From Candidatus Limnocylindrales bacterium (GTDB taxonomy: Bacteria > Chloroflexota > Limnocylindria > Limnocylindrales > CSP1-4), in NCBI GenBank assembly GCA_044868045.1, contig JBIOWA010000215.1, forward strand, positions 1 through 55,360: a DNA stretch of 55,360 bases, read 5' to 3'. The notes beneath the pieces were generated by a model. That model was not told the DNA's origin. It was given only the letters and a program-made list of their open reading frames with translations, and searched no databases. The position numbers and the translations under genes were made by a program. The stretch's first letter is position 1; every line of letters starts with the position of its first letter. Of the stretch, positions 27,236-36,316 are shown one piece after another.

Positions 27236-28039
27236 TCAGGTCTCCGCGGCCGGACCGGGTGTCCGGGATCGGCGCGCGCGAGCCACGCTCGTCGTCGCCG
27301 CCGCCGGCGGCGCGACCGAGCCATCGAGGCCCAGTACGACCGTGTTCCCGCTACGGGCCGAGAGCTCCTGGACCACGCGGAGCGACAGGAGCCCCGGGTT
27401 GTCGACGACCATCCGCCCGGCATTGGCCAGGCTCCGGAGGGCCGCCGTCTCACCACGAGCCCGCTCGAGCGCGGCCGCGCCGTCGTGCCGTGCAGCGACC
27501 ACCGCCGCGAAAGCGCGCTTCAGCTCGGCTGGGACCATCACGTCACGGACCTCGACCGCAGTCAGCTCGATACCGATCGTCATGACCTGTGGCGCGACTA
27601 GCGCCAGGATCTCCGGTCCGATCGTGGTGCGCGCCGCGAGGACCTCGTCGATCGTCCGGCCAGCGACGATCTCGCGCAGGCCGAGCTGGATATCGAGGTA
27701 CATCGTCCGTCCCGACGCGCTGTCGGCGAGGACGTACGCCGCCGCGTCGCCGATCACGTATCGCGCGACGAGGCTGATCTTGAGGGCCACGCCGTCGGAG
27801 GTCATGACCTCCTGGCCTTCGATCGTCATCGATGTCGGGCGGACGTCGAGCACCCGGATCTCGGTGGTCGGTCGGAGGTAAGAGACGGTCCCGGCATCGG
27901 CGAGCCCGACGAACCGCCCGCGGACGAACCGCAGGCCGCGCTCGTACTCATGGACCGTCGTCGAGCCGATCAGACGGGCCGCGATCGCCGCAACGATCGC
28001 CACGATGACGAGGAGGAGCAGCAGCGGAACCAGGTCCAT
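27236..28039 (-). CDS. SPFH/band-7 (stomatin-like) membrane protein
   Basis: N-terminal TM helix, then YERGLRFVRGRF...MTSDGVALKISLVARY...VEVRDVMVPAELKRAF. Its stop abuts the cofD stop (TGATCA). Confidence 0.85.
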   Translation of the reverse strand: MDLVPLLLLLVIVAIVAAIAARLIGSTTVHEYERGLRFVRGRFVGLADAGTVSYLRPTTEIRVLDVRPTSMTIEGQEVMTSDGVALKISLVARYVIGDAAAYVLADSASGRTMYLDIQLGLREIVAGRTIDEVLAARTTIGPEILALVAPQVMTIGIELTAVEVRDVMVPAELKRAFAAVVAARHDGAAALERARGETAALRSLANAGRMVVDNPGLLSLRVVQELSARSGNTVVLGLDGSVAPPAAATTSVARARRSRTPGPAAET

Positions 28040-28149
28040 CCGGTCCTCCCGAGTCGCGGGCTCGCCGGCGAGTCATGCGTCGCCGGCGGAGGCTCGAAGC
28101 CTGCATGGCCGTCGACGCACTGCCCGAGGCCGACCCGCCGGTCGGGCAC

Positions 28150-28218
28150 GCATAGAGCAGGAATCGAACCTGCGACACCAGCGGAGCGCCCGATCCACAG
28201 AACCGGGACGGGCGATGC
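28150..28218 (-). other. tRNA-like fragment (intact T-arm, degenerate remainder)
   Basis: Minus strand reads GCAGG-TTCGATT-CCTGC. Acceptor pairs 5 of 7, the D-stem pairs 4 bp, there is no anticodon stem, and the length is only 69 nt. Confidence 0.3.
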
Positions 28219-28302
28219 CCGAGCCGACTGCCTGACGCCCCGGAGGCCGATGCTAGCCGGGGACGCCGCCAGGGACAAGTCGTCCCGTACCATCGGACCC
28301 GT

Positions 28303-28947
28303 ATGAAGCGTCAGTCGGGGTCCGAAACCCGGATCGTCGCGATCGTCCCGGTCGGGTCGCTCGAGCGAGCCAAGTCGCGGCTCGGCGCGGTGCTCGACGC
28401 TGAGGAGCGCCGCGACCTCGTCCTGCGGCTGGCCGACGGCACGATCCGCGCCGCGGTCGCCACGCCCGGCATCGGCGAGACGCTGGTGGTCACCCCCGAC
28501 GACGAGGTGCGTGACCTCGCGCTGCGGGCCGGCGCGCGGCCGCTCCGGCAGCGCAGCCGCGGCCTCAACGACGGCCTCCGCGAAGCCCGCGACGAGGCCA
28601 TGGCCGGCGGCGCCGGTGCCGTCCTCATCCTGCCGATCGATCTGCCGCGTGTCAGTCCCGAGTCGATCGCCCCGCTGGTCGCGATCGCCGATGACCGCGA
28701 CCCGCCGCTCGTTGCGATCGTGGGGGATCGGCATGGCCGAGGGACGAACGCGCTGTTGCTCGCACCACCGGACGTCATCGACGTCCATTTCGGCGGCGAC
28801 AGCCACGATGCGCATGTGTCGGCAGCCCTGGCGGCCGGTGCCTGGCTCGCCGAGCTGGACGGGCCGCTCACCGTCGACCTTGACACGCCCGACGACCTGC
28901 TGCTCGCGGAGTCGATGCCCGACGTCCCGGAGTCGATCGGTGGCTGA
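28303..28947 (+). CDS. cofC: 2-phospho-L-lactate guanylyltransferase (CofC/FbiD)
   Basis: AIVPVGSLERAKSRL...L.PIDLP......GRGTNALLL. Confidence 0.85.
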   Translation: MKRQSGSETRIVAIVPVGSLERAKSRLGAVLDAEERRDLVLRLADGTIRAAVATPGIGETLVVTPDDEVRDLALRAGARPLRQRSRGLNDGLREARDEAMAGGAGAVLILPIDLPRVSPESIAPLVAIADDRDPPLVAIVGDRHGRGTNALLLAPPDVIDVHFGGDSHDAHVSAALAAGAWLAELDGPLTVDLDTPDDLLLAESMPDVPESIGG

Positions 28948-29707
28948 CCGGCTCGAGGCGGTCGCGATCGGCGGTCTCGGAGAGATCCAGGCGGAGGACG
29001 ATCTTCCCGCCCTGATCGCGGATGCGCTGGCGAGCGCGAACGGCGTCCTGCCGCTCCGCGACGACGACGTCCTCGTCGTGACCCAGAAGATCGTGTCCAA
29101 GGCCGAAGGAGCAATCGTCGACCTGACGACCATTGAACCGCGGGCGGAGGCGGTCGACTACGCGCGTCGCTACGACCGCGACCCGCGCCAGGTCGAGGTC
29201 GTGCTGCGCGAGGCTAAGCGCATCGTGCGGATGGCCAATGGCCTGATCATCACCGAGACGCACCACGGGTTCGTTTGTGCGAACGGTGGCATCGACGCCT
29301 CCAACGTCGGACCACGATCGGGTGACATCGTCACGCTGCTCCCCAAGGACCCCGATGCGTCCGCCGACGGGATCCGGGCCGCCATCCGGGACCAACTGGG
29401 TCACGACCTGCCAGTGATCGTGTCGGACAGCTTCGGTCGGCCGTGGCGGTTCGGGATCACCGACGTGGCGATCGGGGTATCCGGCCTGCTGCCGCTCGAC
29501 GACCTGCGCGGCACCCCGGATGCGGACGGCCGGGTGATGCACTCGACGGTCCGGGCGGTCGCCGACCAGATCGCGTCCGCCGGCGAGCTGGTCCTCGGCA
29601 AGACGACCGGCCGCCCACTGGCACTGGTTCGCGGCGCGACGTTCCAGCGCGGTGACGGACGGATCGCCGACATGATCATGCCGCGGGAGATGGACCTGTT
29701 CCGTTAG
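28940..29707 (+). CDS. cofE: F420-0:gamma-glutamyl ligase (CofE), single-domain
   Basis: GTG 28940 overlaps cofC by 8 nt. VVTQKIVSKAEG...ITETHHGFVCANGGIDASN...SDSFGRPWR.G..DVAIG. 255 aa with no C-terminal nitroreductase domain. Confidence 0.9.
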   Translation: MADRLEAVAIGGLGEIQAEDDLPALIADALASANGVLPLRDDDVLVVTQKIVSKAEGAIVDLTTIEPRAEAVDYARRYDRDPRQVEVVLREAKRIVRMANGLIITETHHGFVCANGGIDASNVGPRSGDIVTLLPKDPDASADGIRAAIRDQLGHDLPVIVSDSFGRPWRFGITDVAIGVSGLLPLDDLRGTPDADGRVMHSTVRAVADQIASAGELVLGKTTGRPLALVRGATFQRGDGRIADMIMPREMDLFR

Positions 29708-29795
29708 GAGCCGACGCGCGGCATACCGTCCCGTTGACCGGCTACGGTCTGGTGGCACCAGAGACATGAGCACATGGAGGAGAGCAAGGAGCTCT

Positions 29796-29820
29796 TGAGG
29801 CCCGACACATGCGGGCCTCA
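29796..29820 (+). terminator. 9-bp hairpin after cofE
   Basis: TGAGGCCCG-acacatg-CGGGCCTCA. No U-tract. Confidence 0.35.
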
Positions 29821-30103
29821 CCCGACCAGCTGCACGAATCCGTGACTCGACGCCTTGCTAACGGGTGGCGGAACGCCGGATCCTCTGATCCCACCAGAAT
29901 CCGGGCCCGCACAGCGCCGCACCGCCGTCCCGGGATCCCGCCAGAACTAGGTCCGGGTCCGCGCTGTTGGCGAGTGAGCGAGGCGGGTGCGGGAGGCGAC
30001 GGCAGGCGGCGTCCGCGCGGCGCGAGCGTCGTGCAGCGAGAAGCGATCGGAGCGCGGAACCCGCTCGCTCCGCTGTGCGGTTGGTTGGTCTACCCTCCGC
30101 GCG

Positions 30104-31003
30104 ATGAAGGTCGGCCTGCAGATCAGCTCGTTCACCTGGCCGGGCGGACCCGAGGCCATCGCGCCGACCCTCGCCGAGATCGTGCGCGACGCCGACGACA
30201 TGGGGTTCGACTCGATCTGGGTCATGGACCACTTCTTCCAGATCCGCGGCGTAGGCAAGGTCGAGGAGCCGATGCTCGAGGGCATGACCACCCTCGGTTT
30301 CATGGCCGCCCACTCGAAACGTGCCCGCCTCGGGCTCATGGTCGGCGGCGTCCACTACCGCCATCCCGGCCTGTGGATCAAGGCGACGACGACGCTCGAC
30401 GCGCTCAGCGGCGGACGCGCCTGGCTCGGTATCGGCGCGGCCTGGAACGAGGAGGAGTCGCGCGCTCTCGGGTTCCCCTTCCCGCCGCTGGGCGAGCGAT
30501 TCGAGATCCTCGAGGAGACCTTGCGGATCGCCCACGAGATGTGGTCGGGCGAACGGGGGTCGGAGGCATCGTTCGTCGGCCGCCACTATCGCGCCGAGCG
30601 GCTGCTCAACTCGCCGCAGTCGATCTCGCGGCCACGGGTGTCGATCATGGTCGGCGGTGGTGGCGAACGGAAGACCCTTCGGCTCGTGGCCCAGTACGCC
30701 GATGCCTGCAACGTCTTCGGGTCGCCCGAGAACGTTGCCCGCAAGTACGCGATCCTCGATGCGCATTGCGCGGCGGTCGGACGCGACCCACGCGAGATCG
30801 AGCGATCCACGCTCCAACCCATCCGTCTCGGGCCGACCGGTGCTGCCCGCACCCAATCGGCAGCGCAGGTGATCGATCGGCTCGGCGACCTATCGGACGC
30901 GGGCGCCGAGCACGTCATCATCGAGTTGAAGGACGCCCACGTGGCGGCGCATCGACAGACGGTCGGGCGGGACATCATCCCGGCGCTCCACGCGTTGCCA
31001 TGA
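30104..31003 (+). CDS. LLM-class F420-dependent oxidoreductase
   Basis: MKVGLQISSF...GFDSIWVMDHFFQ...RLGLMVGGVHYRHPGL...LGIGAAWNEEE. Confidence 0.9.
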   Translation: MKVGLQISSFTWPGGPEAIAPTLAEIVRDADDMGFDSIWVMDHFFQIRGVGKVEEPMLEGMTTLGFMAAHSKRARLGLMVGGVHYRHPGLWIKATTTLDALSGGRAWLGIGAAWNEEESRALGFPFPPLGERFEILEETLRIAHEMWSGERGSEASFVGRHYRAERLLNSPQSISRPRVSIMVGGGGERKTLRLVAQYADACNVFGSPENVARKYAILDAHCAAVGRDPREIERSTLQPIRLGPTGAARTQSAAQVIDRLGDLSDAGAEHVIIELKDAHVAAHRQTVGRDIIPALHALP

Positions 31004-31034
31004 CATCATTCGTCATGTCGTGTACACTTCTGTC

Positions 31035-31415
31035 ATGCCAGACATGACGGTGAAGGACGCTGCCGTGGCCGCTGGCGTCAGCGAACGGACCATCCGCCGC
31101 TGGATCCGCGAGGGTCGGCTCGCCGGCTGCTACAAGGTCGGTGGCCGTGTACGCATCCCGGAGCGAGCGATCCGCGAGGCGGCGGAGCCGTACGGCGAGC
31201 AGGAAGAACGTCCCCCGGTGACCGACGATATCTCCATGCTCGATTCGCCCGCAAGGGCGCGAGCGTTCCAGCTTCGGCGCGCGAGGCTCGCGTTCGAGGA
31301 GATCGACCCGATCGTGGCGGCGATGAAGCCACCGGCTGGGCCCGACGACACGGCCGTGGCATACATCCGTGAGTGGCGCGACGCTCCACCGCGTTGGGAG
31401 CGTGACGACCGGTGA
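31035..31415 (+). CDS. Excisionase/MerR-type HTH protein, probable antitoxin
   Basis: MTVKDAAVAAGVSERTIRRWIREGRLAGCYKVGGRVRIPE. Its stop overlaps the PIN gene start (GTGA). Confidence 0.7.
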   Translation: MPDMTVKDAAVAAGVSERTIRRWIREGRLAGCYKVGGRVRIPERAIREAAEPYGEQEERPPVTDDISMLDSPARARAFQLRRARLAFEEIDPIVAAMKPPAGPDDTAVAYIREWRDAPPRWERDDR

Positions 31416-31876
31416 TCCTCGATGCGAGCGTGGCGGTGAAATGGTTCCTGTTGGACGAAGAGCTCATCGAAGAGGCCCGAGTCATCAGGGACGGCATCCT
31501 GGACGATCGGCTTCGCCTTACCGCACCCGCCGTCCTGTGGTCTGAGGTGGCCCAGTCCGTGGTTAAGGCGGTCCGACGAGGGCGCCTTGATCGGACATTC
31601 GCCCGCCCGATCGCGCAAGCGATCGCTGAAGTGAAGCCGTTGATTGGCGCAGTCGAGCTGGACCCCGTTGACACGATCGACACGGCTTTCCGGACCGATC
31701 TCAATGCGTACGATGCCCAGTACCTCTCGTTGGGCGCCAGCCATGGTGTCTCCGTGCTGACCGCGGATACTCGGATGCTCGAGCAAGGCCGCGCGCACGG
31801 GTACGATGTCGTCTGGCTCGGTGACGTCACGCTCCGGGACGGCGTGCTGGTCGATACCCCCCAGGGGTATCAGTGA
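31412..31876 (+). CDS. vapC: PIN-domain toxin (VapC-like)
   Basis: ILDASVAVKWFL..E (first acidic residue), NAYDAQYLSLG, and LTADTRML, as in PIN domains. Confidence 0.8.
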   Translation: MILDASVAVKWFLLDEELIEEARVIRDGILDDRLRLTAPAVLWSEVAQSVVKAVRRGRLDRTFARPIAQAIAEVKPLIGAVELDPVDTIDTAFRTDLNAYDAQYLSLGASHGVSVLTADTRMLEQGRAHGYDVVWLGDVTLRDGVLVDTPQGYQ

Positions 31877-31896
31877 TCAAGGTGTAACATTGCCGC

Positions 31897-32964
31897 ATGA
31901 CTGACACGCCCAACCCGTTCGGCGGGCTCTCGATCGCGATCGACGACTCGCCCGCCCCCAGCGCGCCGGTCGCCGCGCCGCGCGGGCCATCCACGATCGC
32001 GAGCGGCGAGGGTCGGGTCGATTCGAAGCTCGTGATCATCGGCTCGGGGCCGGCCGGACTGACCGCCGCGATCTACGCGGCGCGGGCCAACCTCGAGCCC
32101 GTCGTGCTCGCCGGCTCGGCGCCGGGCGGCCAGCTGATGCTCACCAGCGACGTCGAGAACTATCCGGGCTTCCCGGACGGCATCCAGGGCCCCGACCTCA
32201 TGGCCGCGTTCCGCGCCCAGGCCGAGCGCTTCGGCTCGCGCATCATCGACGTCGACATCGACAAGGTCGACTTCTCCGAGCGTCCCTTCCGGATCTGGGC
32301 GCGGGGCACCGAGTACCGCGGCCAGGCGGTGGTCGTTGCGACCGGCGCCTCCGCGCTGTGGCTCGGTCTCGATAGCGAGACCCGGCTGCGCGGCCGCGGC
32401 GTGTCGGCCTGTGCGACCTGCGACGGCTTCTTCTTCCGCGATCGGGAGATCGCGGTGGTCGGTGGCGGCGACACTGCGTTCGAGGAGGCGATCTATCTCA
32501 CGCGCTTCGCCACCAAGGTCCACATGCTCCACCGGCGAGACACGTTCCGTGCCAGCAAGATCATGGTCGACCGGGCGATCGCCCATCCCAAGATCGACAT
32601 CCACCCCAACGTCGCGGTCGAGGAAGTCCTGGGGACGGAGAAGGTGCACGGGCTCAAGTTGCGCGACACCATGACGGGCGAGCAGACGGAAATGTCGATC
32701 GAAGGCCTGTTCATCGCCATCGGCTACGAGCCGAACACGGCCGCGTTCCGCGACTCGCTCGAGGTCGATGAGAAGGGTTATCTCGTCGTCCACGACGAGA
32801 CCGGCTCCAAGGTCGACGGCGTGTTCATCGCCGGCGACGTCCACGATCATCGCTACCGGCAGGCGGTCACGGCGGCGGGCGACGGGTGCAAGGCCGCGAT
32901 CGACGCCGAGCGCTGGCTCGAGGCTCAGGGCATCACCGAAGTCGCGACCGCGACAGCCTGGTAG
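31897..32964 (+). CDS. trxB: Thioredoxin-disulfide reductase
   Basis: IIGSGPAGLTAAIYAARA, redox-active CATCDG, GGGDTAFEEA. N-terminal extension of about 35 aa. Confidence 0.9.
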   Translation: MTDTPNPFGGLSIAIDDSPAPSAPVAAPRGPSTIASGEGRVDSKLVIIGSGPAGLTAAIYAARANLEPVVLAGSAPGGQLMLTSDVENYPGFPDGIQGPDLMAAFRAQAERFGSRIIDVDIDKVDFSERPFRIWARGTEYRGQAVVVATGASALWLGLDSETRLRGRGVSACATCDGFFFRDREIAVVGGGDTAFEEAIYLTRFATKVHMLHRRDTFRASKIMVDRAIAHPKIDIHPNVAVEEVLGTEKVHGLKLRDTMTGEQTEMSIEGLFIAIGYEPNTAAFRDSLEVDEKGYLVVHDETGSKVDGVFIAGDVHDHRYRQAVTAAGDGCKAAIDAERWLEAQGITEVATATAW

Positions 32965-32969
32965 GGCGG

Positions 32970-33698
32970 GTGCTGTCCAAGCGCCGCGACGCGATCATCG
33001 AACGTCTCGGCGTACAGCCACCGGTCACGGCCCTGGTCAATGCCGCCCTCGAGGACGCCATCGCCGGCGCCGAGGCACGCGCGGATGGGTCCGGACGGCC
33101 CGTCATTGCCCTGGATGCCGGCTGCGGCAGGATCTCGCAACTGGCATCGTTCCGAGGGCGGATCGGGCGGCTCGTGGGGGCGGACCTCCACGCCCCGGCG
33201 GTGGCCGCGGGCCACTTCGACGAGTTCGCGGTGGTCGACCTTTGCCGGCCGGGTAAGGCCTTTGCGCCCGGGACGTTCGACGTGATCCTGTCGAGCTTCA
33301 CGCTCGAACATTTCGACGAGCCGACGACCGCGCTCGCGAACCTGCATGCCTGGCTGACGCCGGGCGGCACGCTCGTGGCGACGACCGTGAACAAGCGCCA
33401 TCCCTTCGTCGCGGCGTACCTCGGCCTACCGGGAATCGTGCGACGCCCCCTGCAGCGCCTCGTCAAGTCGTCGGCGGCGGATGCCCACCGGCTCGTCGGG
33501 GCCTGCAACGACCCGGCGACTGTCGCGGCCGCCCTGGACGGTGCCGGTTTCCGCGACGTTCACCTCGAGACCGTCGGGCACCTGGCCCGAGCGTGGGGTC
33601 GCACGTGGCCGACGTTCGCGCTCGGCCTGATCGGGGACCTGCTCGCAAGGAGCATCCCGTCACGACGCTCCACGATCGTCGCGGTGGCGAGAGCCTGA
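32970..33698 (+). CDS. Class I SAM-dependent methyltransferase
   Basis: Motif I LDAGCGRI, post-I region, FDVILSSFTLEHF, LTPGGTLV. GTG start at 32970. Confidence 0.8.
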   Translation: MLSKRRDAIIERLGVQPPVTALVNAALEDAIAGAEARADGSGRPVIALDAGCGRISQLASFRGRIGRLVGADLHAPAVAAGHFDEFAVVDLCRPGKAFAPGTFDVILSSFTLEHFDEPTTALANLHAWLTPGGTLVATTVNKRHPFVAAYLGLPGIVRRPLQRLVKSSAADAHRLVGACNDPATVAAALDGAGFRDVHLETVGHLARAWGRTWPTFALGLIGDLLARSIPSRRSTIVAVARA

Positions 33699-35788
33699 TG
33701 GGCTTCCCGCGTGGCGGCATGCGCCAGGCGACGGGTGGCGTGGGCCGCGGTGGCCGCGGTACCGGTGGTGGCGGCATGGGCGGCTTCTGGGGTGGCGGCT
33801 CGGCAGCCGATTTCGAGCCAGTCCCCAAGGAGCGGCGCGGCCGCACGCTCCGCCGGATCCTCACCTTCTTCGGGCCGTACAAGCCGCAGATCACAGTCGT
33901 GCTCGTCGCGATCCTGCTCACGAGCTTCATCGGGCTCATCAACCCCTATCTGCTCAAGTTGCTGATCGACGAGGCGATCCCGCGACGGGACTTCGGCCTC
34001 CTCAACGTCTTCGTCGGGCTGATGATCGCGCTGCCGATCGTGTCGGGCCTGATCGGCGTCGGCCAGTCGTACCTCAACAACGTCATCGGCCAGCACGTCA
34101 TGCAGGACCTGCGTGGTGCGCTGTACGCCCACCTGCAGTCGATGCCGCTGCGGTTCTTCACCGAGACGCGCACCGGCGAGATCCAGAGCAGGCTTGCGAA
34201 CGACGTGGGCGGCGTTCAGGCCGTCGTCACCGACACCGCCAGCTCGGTGACGAGCAACCTCGCGATCGCCATCAGCACGATCATCGCGATGATCTACATC
34301 GACTGGCGGCTCACGGTCCTGTCCCTTGGGCTGTTGCCGTTCTTCATGTACTTGACGTTCCGGGTCGGCAAGGTCCGGCGGGAGGTCTCGACCGAGACCC
34401 AGAAGTCGCTGGCCGAGATGTCGGCGCTGACCGAAGAGACGCTCAGCGTCAGCGGGATCCTGCTGTCGAAGACGTTCGGCCAGCAGGAAGCGTCGATCGG
34501 GCGGTTCCGCGGCCTGAACGCCCGACTGGCCGCCCTGCAGATCCGCCAGGCCATGGTCGGGCGCTGGTTCTTCATGATCATCGGCACGATCTTCAGCATC
34601 ACGCCGGCGTTCGTGTACTGGCTTGCCGGCTGGCTGGCGATCCAGAACGACCCGACCGCGCCGACGATCGGCGATATCGTCGCGTTCACGACGCTCCAGA
34701 GCCGGCTCTTCTTCCCGCTGGGCCAGTTGCTCAACATCCAGGTCGAGATCCAGGGCGCGCTGGCGCTATTCGATCGGATCTTCGAGTACCTCGAGATGGA
34801 TCCCGAGATCGTCGACGCACCAGACGCGATCGACCTGGAGCCGACCGCGATCCGCGGCCAGGTCGCGTTCCGCGACGTGTCGTTCCGGTACCCCACCGAG
34901 GCGGTGCCGTCGGCACGAGCTCTCGATGCGGTCGCCATGAGCGGCCAGGACAACGGCGACTCCGACATGGACATCGCCGTCGCAGCCGCGCCCATCGACA
35001 CGGCGGCCGTCGAGGACATCGTCGATGGAGCCGGGCGAACTGGCGGATCGATGCCGGCGATCGAGCTGTTGCCGACCTTCGGACTCGAGCACCTCGATTT
35101 CGACGCGAAGCCGGGCGAGCTCGTCGCGCTCGTCGGTCCGTCGGGCTCGGGCAAGACGACGACCACATACCTGATCCCGCGCCTGTACGACGTCGACTCG
35201 GGCGCCGTCGAGATCGACGGGATCGACGTCCGGCGGATCAAGCTCGCGTCGCTCGGACGGATCATCGGGGTGGTGACGCAGGAGACGTACCTGTTCCACG
35301 CGTCGGTGCGCGAGAACCTGCTCTATGCGAAGCCCGAGGCGACCGATGAGGAGCTGCACGCCGCGGCCCGCGCCGCCGCGATGCACGACCGGATCGTCGA
35401 GCTGCCCGAGGGCTACGACACGATCGTCGGCGAACGCGGATACAAGCTGTCGGGTGGCGAGAAGCAGCGCATCGCGATCGCGCGGGTGCTCCTCAAGGAC
35501 CCGCGCATCCTGATCCTCGACGAGGCGACCTCGGCGCTGGATACCGTGTCCGAGCGGCTCATTCAGGCCGCGTTCGAGCGGCTCATGGAGGGGCGGACCA
35601 CGGTCGCGATCGCCCACCGCCTGTCGACGATCCTGCGAGCCGATCGGATCCTCGTCTATGACCGCGGCCGGATCGTCGAGCGGGGCACGCACGCCGAACT
35701 CCTCGCCGTCGGCGGGCTGTACGCGCGACTGTACCGGGAGCAGTTCCTGACCGAGGCCTCCGCGGCCGAAGTCGGCGCGGCCGGCTGA
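33698..35788 (+). CDS. ABC exporter, fused permease/ATPase (MsbA-like)
   Basis: Six-TM domain, Walker A GPSGSGKTT, signature LSGGEKQRIAIAR, Walker B ILILDEATSALD. Gly-rich N-terminal tail and an insertion in the NBD. The ATG overlaps the upstream stop (TGATG). Confidence 0.9.
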   Translation: MGFPRGGMRQATGGVGRGGRGTGGGGMGGFWGGGSAADFEPVPKERRGRTLRRILTFFGPYKPQITVVLVAILLTSFIGLINPYLLKLLIDEAIPRRDFGLLNVFVGLMIALPIVSGLIGVGQSYLNNVIGQHVMQDLRGALYAHLQSMPLRFFTETRTGEIQSRLANDVGGVQAVVTDTASSVTSNLAIAISTIIAMIYIDWRLTVLSLGLLPFFMYLTFRVGKVRREVSTETQKSLAEMSALTEETLSVSGILLSKTFGQQEASIGRFRGLNARLAALQIRQAMVGRWFFMIIGTIFSITPAFVYWLAGWLAIQNDPTAPTIGDIVAFTTLQSRLFFPLGQLLNIQVEIQGALALFDRIFEYLEMDPEIVDAPDAIDLEPTAIRGQVAFRDVSFRYPTEAVPSARALDAVAMSGQDNGDSDMDIAVAAAPIDTAAVEDIVDGAGRTGGSMPAIELLPTFGLEHLDFDAKPGELVALVGPSGSGKTTTTYLIPRLYDVDSGAVEIDGIDVRRIKLASLGRIIGVVTQETYLFHASVRENLLYAKPEATDEELHAAARAAAMHDRIVELPEGYDTIVGERGYKLSGGEKQRIAIARVLLKDPRILILDEATSALDTVSERLIQAAFERLMEGRTTVAIAHRLSTILRADRILVYDRGRIVERGTHAELLAVGGLYARLYREQFLTEASAAEVGAAG

Positions 35789-35789
35789 C

Positions 35790-36281
35790 ATGCCGACGCA
35801 CAAGTCCGTCCGCCTCGAGCACCGAGGCGGGATGAAGTTCCATGCCGAACCGTCGTCCGGCCATCCGTACGACTTCGACGATCGCGAGTCGAACACGGGC
35901 GGGAGCCCTGTCGAGACCGTCCTCGCCGCACTTGCGTCGTGCTCGGCGATGGACGTGGTCTCGATCGTGTCGAAGAAACGGCAGGTCGTCTCGTCGTACA
36001 TGATCGAGGTGTCCGGCGATCAACGCGATGAGTACCCGCAGGTCTACAGCGAAATCACGGTCGTCCACGAGATCGAGGGGAAGGACCTGTCAGAGGCCGC
36101 GATCCGCCGTGCGATCGAGCTGTCCGCCACGAAGTACTGCCCGGTGAACGCGATGCTTTCGGCCGGAGCGACGGTCGTGCATCACCGCTACAAGATCCGG
36201 TCCGAGGGAACCGTGAGCTACGCAGTCGAGGGCGAGGTGATCGCGACCGGCCCCTATCGCCGGGTGGACGTGATCAAGTAA
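35790..36281 (+). CDS. OsmC-family peroxiredoxin-like protein
   Basis: SPVETVLAALASCSAMDVV and ATKYCPV provide the two conserved Cys contexts. The ATG lies 1 nt after the ABC stop. Confidence 0.85.
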   Translation: MPTHKSVRLEHRGGMKFHAEPSSGHPYDFDDRESNTGGSPVETVLAALASCSAMDVVSIVSKKRQVVSSYMIEVSGDQRDEYPQVYSEITVVHEIEGKDLSEAAIRRAIELSATKYCPVNAMLSAGATVVHHRYKIRSEGTVSYAVEGEVIATGPYRRVDVIK

Positions 36282-36316
36282 CCGCGACGGGTCCAGCTGA
36301 CCGCGACCGGTCCAGC
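36281..36316. repeat. 17-nt direct repeat x2, ACCGCGAC(G/C)GGTCCAGC, period 19
   Basis: Copies at 36281-36297 and 36300-36316, starting at the last base of the OsmC stop codon. Confidence 0.85.

Noticed and set aside
28150-28218. A functional tRNA gene.
   Set aside because: There is no anticodon stem-loop, the element is only 69 nt, two acceptor positions mismatch, and the variable region would be 1 nt. It is kept only as a tRNA-like fragment.
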